DNA of 64,000 nucleotides from a virus (IMGVR_UViG_2529292852_000001:96714-160713), one strand, 5' to 3'; positions 29,714 to 36,846 are shown, counted from the stretch's first letter. Notes: generated by a model from the sequence alone, not told the origin. Numbers and translations: made by a program.

Positions 29714-29793
29714 CTATGTACAAGTTCATTTTCCTGTACATACTTTGTAAATTCTGTACACACTTCGCTGCGACCATCTAGTCCATCGTAAAT

Positions 29794-30033
29794 TTATACT
29801 TCTGCAAGTTGTTTTTCGACTTCATCAATGCGCTTATTCAACACTTCTCTGTAAGCCACTAAGTCTTCGTAATACTTGTACGGATTCCAGTATAGTGTAG
29901 TTTCATCAGACTTACTTCCTGCTTTAGGACTAATAAAGTTTCTAGCGCCTCGTTTCAATGAATTGTAACGTGTGCGATCTGGGTTTTTCTTTTCATATTT
30001 TCTACTTGCCTTTTTTTGTGATTCTAATACCAT
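29794..30033 (-). CDS. Small Aca-like DNA-binding protein, candidate repressor of the cassette promoters
   Basis: SQKKASRKYEKKN.DRTRY..KR.ARNFI..EDL resembles, from memory, the AcrIIA32 C-terminal/Aca-type family; driven by its own cassette promoter 30121. Confidence 0.55.
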   Translation of the reverse strand: MVLESQKKASRKYEKKNPDRTRYNSLKRGARNFISPKAGSKSDETTLYWNPYKYYEDLVAYREVLNKRIDEVEKQLAEV

Positions 30034-30199
30034 AATTATTCCTTCTTTCTTATATCGTTACTCTATAATTGATTTAAATTAATAAGGGCTTTTATTTAAC
30101 CCTTTCCTTATTACACTTATATTATATAACGTTACTCTATATAATGCAAGCTTTTTTTGAACTTTTTTTCATCTTTTTTGATCTTATCAGTGCAATTTC

Positions 30200-30445
30200 C
30201 TTTGTTTTTGCACCGCTAACTTGCGTCCTGTGCCAACCCCTGCCTTATCCTTGAGCTTAAACATTATCTTACACATCTGTTTATGTGGCTTGATTCTAGC
30301 CTTATTTTAGCTCTTATACTAGCCTTGCTAATTACACTCAGACACTATCACAAACTCTCTACCATGCTCTCAGCTACTCCTCAAGGCTCGCTGCTGCACA
30401 TATCCCACACAACCATCTCACCAACACTTACTTCAACCATCAAAA
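30200..30445. repeat. Long hairpin linker repeat (degenerate core)
   Basis: GTGCCAACCCC..CCTTGAGCTTAA..CTCAAGGCTCGCTGC shared with the other linkers. Confidence 0.75.
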
Positions 30446-30490
30446 AAGCCTATGCTCACGCACAGACCCCAGCATATATGATATAATTTT

Positions 30491-30677
30491 ATCGTATCTA
30501 CTCCGAATATACGATACAGGAGCTGGTGATATTATCGACCAAGTTTTTGATTAAGCGTCGCCACGAACTGTATTGCCGTACAGTAGGATAGACGCATTAT
30601 CGCCAGTAACGATCGTGGCTGATATCCAGCTACCTTGCTCCTTACATAGTGAGTATAGCACGTTACTGGCTTTTTTT
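30491..30677 (+). ncRNA. Highly structured plus-strand sRNA with an anti-RBS loop
   Basis: TGaTATAAT at 30479-30487; several complementary pairs (AGCTGG/CCAGCT, CCACGA/TCGTGG, GCGTC/GACGC, GCCAGTAACG/CGTTACTGGC) and a final T7 tract. Confidence 0.65.
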
Positions 30678-30680
30678 CTA

Positions 30681-30897
30681 GTTTGTGCCAACCCCTGCCT
30701 AACCCTTGAGCTTAACCAATAGTCTACATGCTTGTTTATGCGGCTTGTTTTTAGCTCTTGCACTAATCTTGAATATAATTACACTCAAACACCTATACAA
30801 GCTCTTAGGAAAGCTCCTAGCTACTCCTCAAGGCTCGCTGCAGCACATAACCTACTTAACCATCGCACCGACTCCACCACAAGTACCACGCAAACAA
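30681..30897. repeat. Long hairpin linker repeat
   Basis: Core TTGAATATAATTACACTCAA at 30769-30788 with paired arms. Confidence 0.8.
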
Positions 30898-30929
30898 AAA
30901 AGCGATGAACCTAATCATCGCTCCAACCT

Positions 30930-31937
30930 TTATTTTACTTCGTATAATGTTTTTCTTCCATACGTTACCTTTTTAATGCCTTTAATCAAGATGTAGCCGA
31001 AAGGATTGTCTTTACTCCTGAACATCTCGGTAAAATCACTTGCTCCTCTCCTTGTCTTAATCGCATAGCTTGGAAAAGCGTAATTGTTAGAAACCAAGCT
31101 ACGATAATTACAATTCTTAAGCCCATCTACATCTAAGTCTAGGTCTACTACATTATGTCCTTGTTCATACACAACCTTGACTGTACGTGCATTATCTACC
31201 TTAGAGATATTTTTTAACAAGCTCAAAATCATCTCATCTTCATCACTTAGCTTGATGTTTCTTTCAACCTTTAATTTAACTTGATTGTCGATGTATTTTT
31301 CAATGTTGATGTCTAGGTTTGTTTTATCACTAACAAAACTACCTTTACTTGATAGATAATTATCTACTAGCTCACGTACATATTCTTTGTCATTAACTAG
31401 CTTTACATAATCGTATGCGTTTAGGTCGGTTATATATTCGTTATCTTTACCATAAACCGTTGTTCCTGTTTCAAAAAAGCTTGTCATTACTTTATCCATA
31501 AACGCTTTTTTGAACTCTTCTTCTGGGTCTGTTCTACTTTCAATTACACGCTTAACAAACGTTTCTTCATAAATGCTATTTAATTCTTTATCAATCGCCT
31601 TTTTTACCATGCGATTAAGGTTTTTGAAATTGGTTGCTCCTAGTTCTTTTGCTACTTTATCAAACGCTTGGTTAAATTCGTATATACTATAAATTCTATG
31701 ATAGTAGAATTGTTGGTTAGCCTTATCATAAAGCCCTATTAATTTTGTTTTTTCATAATTGCTCAAAGGTGTTGCACCTATCGCAAAATCAACGTAGCAA
31801 ATGTAGCTTATGTTTGCGATGTTTTCATTTGTTTCTTCATCAATCGCATTTATCTTTAACAAATTAGCATTCTTTAATGCTAGGATTTGTCTTTCATCAT
31901 CTTCTAAAAATGCTTTAAATTCTTTCGTTGTAACCAT
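30930..31937 (-). CDS. Hypothetical cassette protein (335 aa)
   Basis: Long ORF with its own promoter (32032) and terminator. Confidence 0.85.
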   Translation of the reverse strand: MVTTKEFKAFLEDDERQILALKNANLLKINAIDEETNENIANISYICYVDFAIGATPLSNYEKTKLIGLYDKANQQFYYHRIYSIYEFNQAFDKVAKELGATNFKNLNRMVKKAIDKELNSIYEETFVKRVIESRTDPEEEFKKAFMDKVMTSFFETGTTVYGKDNEYITDLNAYDYVKLVNDKEYVRELVDNYLSSKGSFVSDKTNLDINIEKYIDNQVKLKVERNIKLSDEDEMILSLLKNISKVDNARTVKVVYEQGHNVVDLDLDVDGLKNCNYRSLVSNNYAFPSYAIKTRRGASDFTEMFRSKDNPFGYILIKGIKKVTYGRKTLYEVK

Positions 31938-32122
31938 AGTGTATCTTCTCCTTTATTCCTTTTATTCTAACGTTACTCTACTTTTTAACCAAAGTAATAA
32001 GGGCTTGTACCCTTCCTTAACTTACATATATATTATATAACGTTACTCTATAAAATGCAAGTCTTTTTATTATCTTTTTTAATTTGTCTTTCTTTTTCTG
32101 CGTTGTCGTGCTATAATTCCCT

Positions 32123-32217
32123 TGTGCATGTAGAGGTATTATCTTTTCATTTAATTAAGTAATTTTATTGAAATACTTTTCCCTCACACTAGCTGATAGT
32201 GTGGGGGTTATTTTTTT
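32123..32217 (+). ncRNA. Candidate sRNA divergent from cassette promoter 32032
   Basis: TGcTATAAT at 32109-32117; terminator CCCTCACACTA/TAGTGTGGGGG plus T-tract. Confidence 0.5.
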
Positions 32218-32239
32218 GCCTTTAAGCAGCTTTGAATAC

Positions 32240-32537
32240 AATTACCTAAACCGTCTTTCAAGCTCCTATGTGAACTCTTAGCCACACTGTCGCACTAACA
32301 CCATCTCAACCTGGATTCAATCATCGCCTATGCCTATCTTGCACCCTGTGCTTACCATCGCCTGTACCTTTAGCTTAACCATTACTTTTTGTTGCTTGAT
32401 TTTGCCCTGTATCAGCCCTTGTTCTACCCTTGAATATAATTACACTCAAACATTACTGCAAGCTCTCACACAAGCTCCTAGCTACACTGTAAGGCTCGCT
32501 GCAGCACTTACTACATACAAGCTCTCACTTCAACCAT
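32240..32537. repeat. Long hairpin linker repeat
   Basis: Core CCCTTGAATATAATTACACTCAAAC and AAGGCTCGCTGCAGCAC. Confidence 0.75.
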
Positions 32538-32573
32538 AAAAAAAGCGATGAACTTAATCATCGCTCCTTTTTC

Positions 32574-33140
32574 CTATCCTACCGTTAGTGATACCGTGTG
32601 ATAATAGCTCTCCCCACTTAACTCACTATCTAACGTTCTTACATAGTCCTTTAACTCACTATACTTATCTTCAAGCCTTGATAGCTTTGTGTTTCGATAC
32701 AACTTCTTATCTAACTTCCAACCTAATGGTAACAAGTACTCATTCAAAAACTCATCATCGCTAAATCCTTCATGCACTTCGTACCCTGCCCAATCATTTC
32801 TTAATCTCTCAAATTCTGCGTTGTATTCTACTACTTCTTTTAAATAGTCATAGTAGTTGTCTTCAATGTATCTTCCTACCTTGTTTATCCCCTTTAACTT
32901 CGTTTCATTATACTTACCCAACTTGCGTAATTGCTTTAACACTTCTTTGAAATCTTCCTTTTCTATAATTTCTCGCTTGTACTTATACACGAACCCTGTA
33001 TAGTCTGCGCTGACTTCTACTTTCTTATCCGTTATCTCTGCCTTATACCCACTTACTACTGGTCGGCTTAAATATTCCTTGAACTTCCCTTCGTTCTTTA
33101 GTTCCATCATCTTTTTCATTGTTTGTAATTCTGCTTTCAT
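32574..33140 (-). CDS. Hypothetical cassette protein
   Basis: 188 aa, with its own promoter (33229) and terminator. Confidence 0.85.
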   Translation of the reverse strand: MKAELQTMKKMMELKNEGKFKEYLSRPVVSGYKAEITDKKVEVSADYTGFVYKYKREIIEKEDFKEVLKQLRKLGKYNETKLKGINKVGRYIEDNYYDYLKEVVEYNAEFERLRNDWAGYEVHEGFSDDEFLNEYLLPLGWKLDKKLYRNTKLSRLEDKYSELKDYVRTLDSELSGESYYHTVSLTVG

Positions 33141-33330
33141 TCTATCTTCTCCTTTATTCTTCTTATAACGTTACTCTATAATTGAGCCAAATTTTTAAGG
33201 GCTTATACCCTTTCCTTACTACACTTATATTATATAACGTTACTCTATATAATGCAAGCCTTTTTTGCTACTTTTTATTTACTTTTTTACTTTGTCTTTC
33301 TTTCTCCTTACAACCGTGCTATACTTTACT

Positions 33331-33425
33331 TGTGCTTATAGAAGCATCACCTTTTTCAAAAATTAATTGAATTGCCGTTATTAACGACTTTTTCCCCCTA
33401 CTAGTTGCAGCTGGTAGGGGTTTTT
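33331..33425 (+). ncRNA. Candidate sRNA 1 of a tandem trio
   Basis: TGcTATACT at 33317-33325; terminator CCCCTACTAG/CTGGTAGGGG plus T-tract. Confidence 0.5.
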
Positions 33426-33490
33426 ATTTACCCTCACACAAAGTTTTGACTTCTTCAACCCTTATCCCTAACCTCGCTGTATAATTAACT

Positions 33491-33580
33491 TATAGGTTTG
33501 ACATATAACCTCCTTTTTTATTTTTTGTTTTTCACAATCAATTCCTTTTCCCTCAGCTCTCTCTTCGGCTGGGGGTTTTT
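33491..33580 (+). ncRNA. Candidate sRNA 2 of a tandem trio
   Basis: TATAAT at 33480-33485; contains the anti-SD/anti-AUG sequence GACATATAACCTCCTTTT; terminator CCCTCAGC/GCTGGGGG plus T-tract. Confidence 0.45.
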
Positions 33581-33660
33581 GTTTGCTTATTTTTTTACTT
33601 TTTGATTGTTTCTGTTAAATTCTTTACATCGCCTTACTTTCTCTTCTGTTATACTTATCT

Positions 33661-33725
33661 CTGTCATTCATTGTTTGAATCTTTTTTCAAAACTAAGGAA
33701 GTGTTCTCGCCCACTTCCTTTTTTT
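33661..33725 (+). ncRNA. Candidate sRNA 3 of a tandem trio
   Basis: TGtTATACT at 33647-33655; terminator AAGGAAGTG/CACTTCCTT plus T-tract. Confidence 0.45.
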
Positions 33726-33903
33726 ATACCTAAAAAAGCGATGCTAAGTCTTTGCCTAACATCGCCTCTAACCATTATTCTTCACTTAACCATCGCTTTA
33801 GTTCTTCACTGTAGCAAAAAAAGCTAAGCCAAAACTTTTGACTTAGCCTCTGCAAATTAAATTACTAGTTATTACGTATTATCATACGCAACTATAATTA
33901 TAA

Positions 33904-34224
33904 CTACGATTCCTCAATTTTTCCATACCATTCTGTGATTTTGCCTGGAAGAAATCCAGTCCAAGAGTCCAAAACATTGTTATCATCATCTACAATCTTA
34001 ATAAATGGTAACTGTTGAATCTGATACTTGTCTTTTAGTTTTTCTACTTTTTTAATTGACCAATTACGCTTACGCTCATTTGGACTTGTAATATCAATTG
34101 AGTTATCTTCGCTATAATTTCCATAATAATTATCGACAAACGGAAATCCCAACGCTTCCATTTTCTTTCTTGTCATTCTACATTGAACACATTTAGGCTT
34201 AGTGTATAACACTGCATGAACCAT
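33904..34224 (-). CDS. nrdH: Glutaredoxin-like NrdH redoxin
   Basis: LYTKPKCVQCRMT, QLP and SWTGF.P motifs. Confidence 0.85.
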   Translation of the reverse strand: MVHAVLYTKPKCVQCRMTRKKMEALGFPFVDNYYGNYSEDNSIDITSPNERKRNWSIKKVEKLKDKYQIQQLPFIKIVDDDNNVLDSWTGFLPGKITEWYGKIEES

Positions 34225-34460
34225 TAATTCTCACCTACTCTTTCTGCTTCCCATCTATCTAAATAAACCTTTTCTAAACCCAGCATGTCACATAGTGCGT
34301 ACACAGCTTCTCGGTTAGATTCTTTATAATCTTCCAAAGTTGCTTCCTTAAAGTCACTTCTAGTCCCATCTGCGTTAACAACAGCAACTTTCATATCATT
34401 GTCTTGATGGTTTACGTCTAACAAAAATTCTAACGCTTCTTCTACACTTTCAAATTCCAT
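34224..34460 (-). CDS. Hypothetical phage-like protein
   Basis: 78-aa ORF translationally coupled to nrdH. Confidence 0.7.
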   Translation of the reverse strand: MEFESVEEALEFLLDVNHQDNDMKVAVVNADGTRSDFKEATLEDYKESNREAVYALCDMLGLEKVYLDRWEAERVGEN

Positions 34461-34494
34461 AACATTACCTCGCTTCTTTGTTTAATTTATTAAT

Positions 34495-34561
34495 GACCCT
34501 ACTGAGTACTCGAAACTCACGTCTATCCACCTAGCAGCAACGATAGGTATAGAATAGGGTC
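34495..34561 (-). ncRNA. Mini tRNA-like element (copy E)
   Basis: Stem GACCCTAT/GTAGGGTC, one long hairpin, T-arm TGAGT-TTCGAGT-ACTCA, then A. Confidence 0.65.
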
Positions 34562-34782
34562 TAACCTACATTTGACTCTACTCACGAATACGAAGAAGTT
34601 ACAGAATATAGTCTTACGAAATTAAACGGAAAAACAATTGTATAATACCGTCCTTTCATAAGATTTAAGGTGGAGTAGAGCAAATGGAACTCGGTTTACC
34701 GCAAAAATATTAAATTGTAATCGGTAGGTTATCCCTACCTATGACCTACCAGCCTTTTACAACTGATAGGCCTAACCAAGTT
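34562..34782 (-). ncRNA. Structured non-coding segment 5' of mini-tRNA E
   Basis: Nested stems CATTTG.CTCTACTC/GAGTAGAG.CAAATG and TCTTATGAAA/TTTCGTAAGA, hairpin GGTAGG/CCTACC; no ORF. Confidence 0.55.
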
Positions 34783-35016
34783 CTAGGCTTCTTCGTGGAA
34801 ATTATGATAAGTCTGACCGACCAATTCGTACCCTTTAACCTTGATAGAATCTTGCAAGTACTTATTGCCTTCACTTGCAAAAGTATTAGCAAGTTCTTCT
34901 GCATGTTCTTTTGTAGAACAAACAGCTAGATTATGCTCAATAAGAACAGTTCTAGTATGATATTTCTCAACTTTTGTCTGATACTCAGTGCCTGTCACAA
35001 TCCAGATCTTATTCAT
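34783..35016 (-). CDS. Hypothetical phage-like protein
   Basis: 77-aa ORF in the operon. Confidence 0.7.
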   Translation of the reverse strand: MNKIWIVTGTEYQTKVEKYHTRTVLIEHNLAVCSTKEHAEELANTFASEGNKYLQDSIKVKGYELVGQTYHNFHEEA

Positions 35017-35563
35017 TTAAATCAGCTTCTTTAACGAACACACCGTCAATCATCTTACCTTTACGGTCTTTGATTTCGTTGTATGCCATCTCAAGAGTTT
35101 CTTCTAAGCTAGTATTGTATTCAGTAGCAATTTCATGCAAACCTTCTAAAATACGTACAACTGAAAGATGTTCAAGATGGATATTCTTATCTTTATTGTA
35201 GGCAGCAATCATACGTGAACTACTGTAAACCAAGTACATGAATACTTTATTAACATCAAAGATACCTTCGTCTTTATGTTTTTGAGCAAGGTCATCATAT
35301 TCAGCCCAGAATTGACCTTCTTCTTCAACCTGTTTCTTCAAGTCAATACCACGAATAAGGCAATAGATGATTAGCGTTACTTGATAATCACCTAAGCTAT
35401 CAAGTACACCAGAGTCACCATTGATGTTGTTTTTCATCATGGCAAGACCCAGCTCACCTTGTTCTTCGTCCAATTTAGTATATTGAGTACGTGCCTCAAC
35501 AGTATTTAAGCTCCTGTCTTTAGCCCATTGTTCAACTTTGTTTAACAGTTCTAAATATTCCAT
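35009..35563 (-). CDS. MazG-like nucleotide pyrophosphohydrolase
   Basis: WAKDRSL, QYTKLDEEQGEL, DSLGD, LEMAYNEIKDRKGKMIDGVFVKEAD. Confidence 0.88.
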   Translation of the reverse strand: MEYLELLNKVEQWAKDRSLNTVEARTQYTKLDEEQGELGLAMMKNNINGDSGVLDSLGDYQVTLIIYCLIRGIDLKKQVEEEGQFWAEYDDLAQKHKDEGIFDVNKVFMYLVYSSSRMIAAYNKDKNIHLEHLSVVRILEGLHEIATEYNTSLEETLEMAYNEIKDRKGKMIDGVFVKEADLNE

Positions 35564-35567
35564 TGTT

Positions 35568-36002
35568 CTATACCTCCAAAATGATTTCTTCTGTTTCTTC
35601 TTCAACTTTGATAATTGGCTTGCCCTTACTTCTTAATTCATTGATAAATTCTCTAAACTCATCTGCTGAATGTAGTTCCAACAATTTGTTCTTGTCTAAA
35701 ATAACCGTTGGTGCGTCAACCATATCGTTGCGTGTCCTAACTTCAGCCACATATGTTACAGTTACAGAACCTTTAATTTTTACACGCATGGCAAAAGCTC
35801 TTACATTATCATTTTTCTTATCTACGAGCATAGCGTGAATTGACTTGATTACATCACCACGTACACCGTAAGATGAAGGCTTGTAACCATATTCTTCGGC
35901 AATGCTTAGGTTTTCTTCAAATGTATCAACCAGTTCTTGTCTTACATTAGCGAACATTTGCACAACTTCACGTCCTTTCGCTTGTCTCTTCCTTATCCCC
36001 AA
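35568..36002 (-). CDS. Hypothetical protein
   Basis: ORF in the operon; the true start may be MFANV (35957). Confidence 0.7.
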   Translation of the reverse strand: MGIRKRQAKGREVVQMFANVRQELVDTFEENLSIAEEYGYKPSSYGVRGDVIKSIHAMLVDKKNDNVRAFAMRVKIKGSVTVTYVAEVRTRNDMVDAPTVILDKNKLLELHSADEFREFINELRSKGKPIIKVEEETEEIILEV

Positions 36003-36370
36003 TAAAATTCGTAAGTCTTAGTGTGTTCGTCCCAATTGACGCTGGAAGATGTTCTTATTTTGTTTTGTTTACAGATTTTCTTAACTTCTTGATAAAGATA
36101 ATCTACATCACTGTGCAAACCATTTCTCACCATAATTTTTTTGAAATAGTCAGAGTTACAAATCCAATGATCTCTACCATCTTTTGCAGAAATTACAAAC
36201 TCCTGTTTTAGATAGTAAAACATAATTCCAGCTTCGCTTTTGGCTAATTCTCTCATTTTAGATTTTTCTTTTTTCTTTTTGGCTTTTTCTTCAGCTGCCT
36301 TTATTTTTGATATTTCTCTTAGCTCATCGGCTAATGTTTTTGGCTTTGATATACCCAGCCTTAACCTCAC
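35993..36370 (-). CDS. Hypothetical phage-like protein
   Basis: 125-aa ORF. Confidence 0.7.
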   Translation of the reverse strand: MRLRLGISKPKTLADELREISKIKAAEEKAKKKKEKSKMRELAKSEAGIMFYYLKQEFVISAKDGRDHWICNSDYFKKIMVRNGLHSDVDYLYQEVKKICKQNKIRTSSSVNWDEHTKTYEFYWG

Positions 36371-36402
36371 ACACTCACGTCCTTTCGTTCATTTTTATGT
36401 AT

Positions 36403-36454
36403 GCCCTGCTGCGTTCTCAAAACCGCATGAACTCTCAAATCATGGTTACAGGGC
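36403..36454 (-). ncRNA. Mini tRNA-like element (copy A)
   Basis: GCCCTGT/GCAGGGC stem, hairpin AAC/GTT, T-like arm TGCG-GTTTTGAGAA-CGCA, then AT. Confidence 0.7.
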
Positions 36455-36687
36455 TAGTTAGTTACAAGGCAAGGAAACGATAATATCATATGCAATAAGG
36501 CCTCTCACGACCTTTCAATATTATTTGCCTCGCAACCTAGTAGAGTATTCAAAAGAATGTAGTATTTGTATAACGCTTAGGCACTTTGTTATAACCGACT
36601 ACAAAATCTTTCGGCAAGATGTGGTTAACGGAAAAATTTGACTGAAATATAAATAAAAATTAAAAATCAAACCTACACCTTGCCTAT
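36455..36687 (-). ncRNA. Structured non-coding segment between mini-tRNAs B and A
   Basis: Stems AGGCAA/TTGCCT with ATAATAT/ATATTAT, TGTAGT/ACTACA with TATAAC/GTTATA, and ATCTT/AAGAT. Confidence 0.55.
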
Positions 36688-36741
36688 GCCCTACCTTGCT
36701 CTCAAAAACAAGTAACCACTCAAATCGTGTGGATATAGGGC
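36688..36741 (-). ncRNA. Mini tRNA-like element (copy B)
   Basis: GCCCTAT/GTAGGGC, CCAC/GTGG hairpin, CTTG-TTTTTGAGAG-CAAG, then AT. Confidence 0.7.
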
Positions 36742-36846
36742 TTTGTGCAAAATTTTATAAAAAGGAAGTTTACTGTTTTTATAAGACGTGTCTTCTAAAG
36801 TCAGTAGCTTTAGTTTGTTTTTGCAAAGAACAGCAAACTTTGCAAT

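Larger units (their letters stand above)
6999..33173. promoter_or_regulatory. Second TAACGTTA operator copy next to the RBS in 11 cassettes
   Basis: Palindrome at 6999, 8759, 9522, 10348, 10938, 11517, 12819, 16396, 17683, 31968 and 33166, plus a one-mismatch copy at 30053. Each is 69-77 bp from the promoter-spacer copy. Confidence 0.85.
4565..33257 (-). repeat. Dispersed repeat: 17 copies of cassette promoter TTGCAT-TATATAGAGTAACGTTA-TATAAT with AT-rich UP element
   Basis: 29-bp copies begin (plus coordinates) at 4565, 5845, 6556, 7069, 7597, 8830, 9587, 10418, 11009, 11588, 12890, 15542, 16467, 17752, 30121, 32032 and 33229. All are minus-oriented with a 17-bp spacer. Confidence 0.95.
4626..33765 (-). 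terminator. Repeated intrinsic terminator family GCGATG-loop-CATCGC-TTTTTT closing the cassettes
   Basis: Plus-strand AAAAAAGCGATG..CATCGC near 4628, 5910, 6692, 7167, 7660, 8895, 9900, 11065, 11800, 13185, 15637, 16948, 17930, 30898, 32538 and 33735 (some slightly variant). Confidence 0.85.

Noticed and set aside
32177-32212. Resemblance of TTTTCCC..GTGTGGGGGTTAT to type I-E CRISPR repeats (possible RNA anti-CRISPR)
   Set aside because: Stem and loop lengths differ from I-E repeats and the hairpin is fully explained as a terminator; a repeat BLAST would settle it.
9713-32539. ORFs 9713..9907, 11663..11893, 16757..16966, 30283..30486, 30551..30763, 30706..30996, 32330..32539
   Set aside because: They overlap linker repeats or the structured sRNA, lack SD sequences and occur on either strand; the shared peptide text reflects the DNA repeat.
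4565-33257. Cassette repeats as a CRISPR array or a true integron
   Set aside because: Units are promoter/terminator sequences separated by whole genes of variable length; no constant-length spacers, cas genes, attC-like R/L boxes or tyrosine integrase in the window.
36590-36630. Group I intron P7-like words (GACTACA..AAGATGTGGT) and IStron behaviour of the IS elements
   Set aside because: The words lie on the strand opposite the surrounding genes, other core elements were not found, and the IS left ends are too short to hold an intron.
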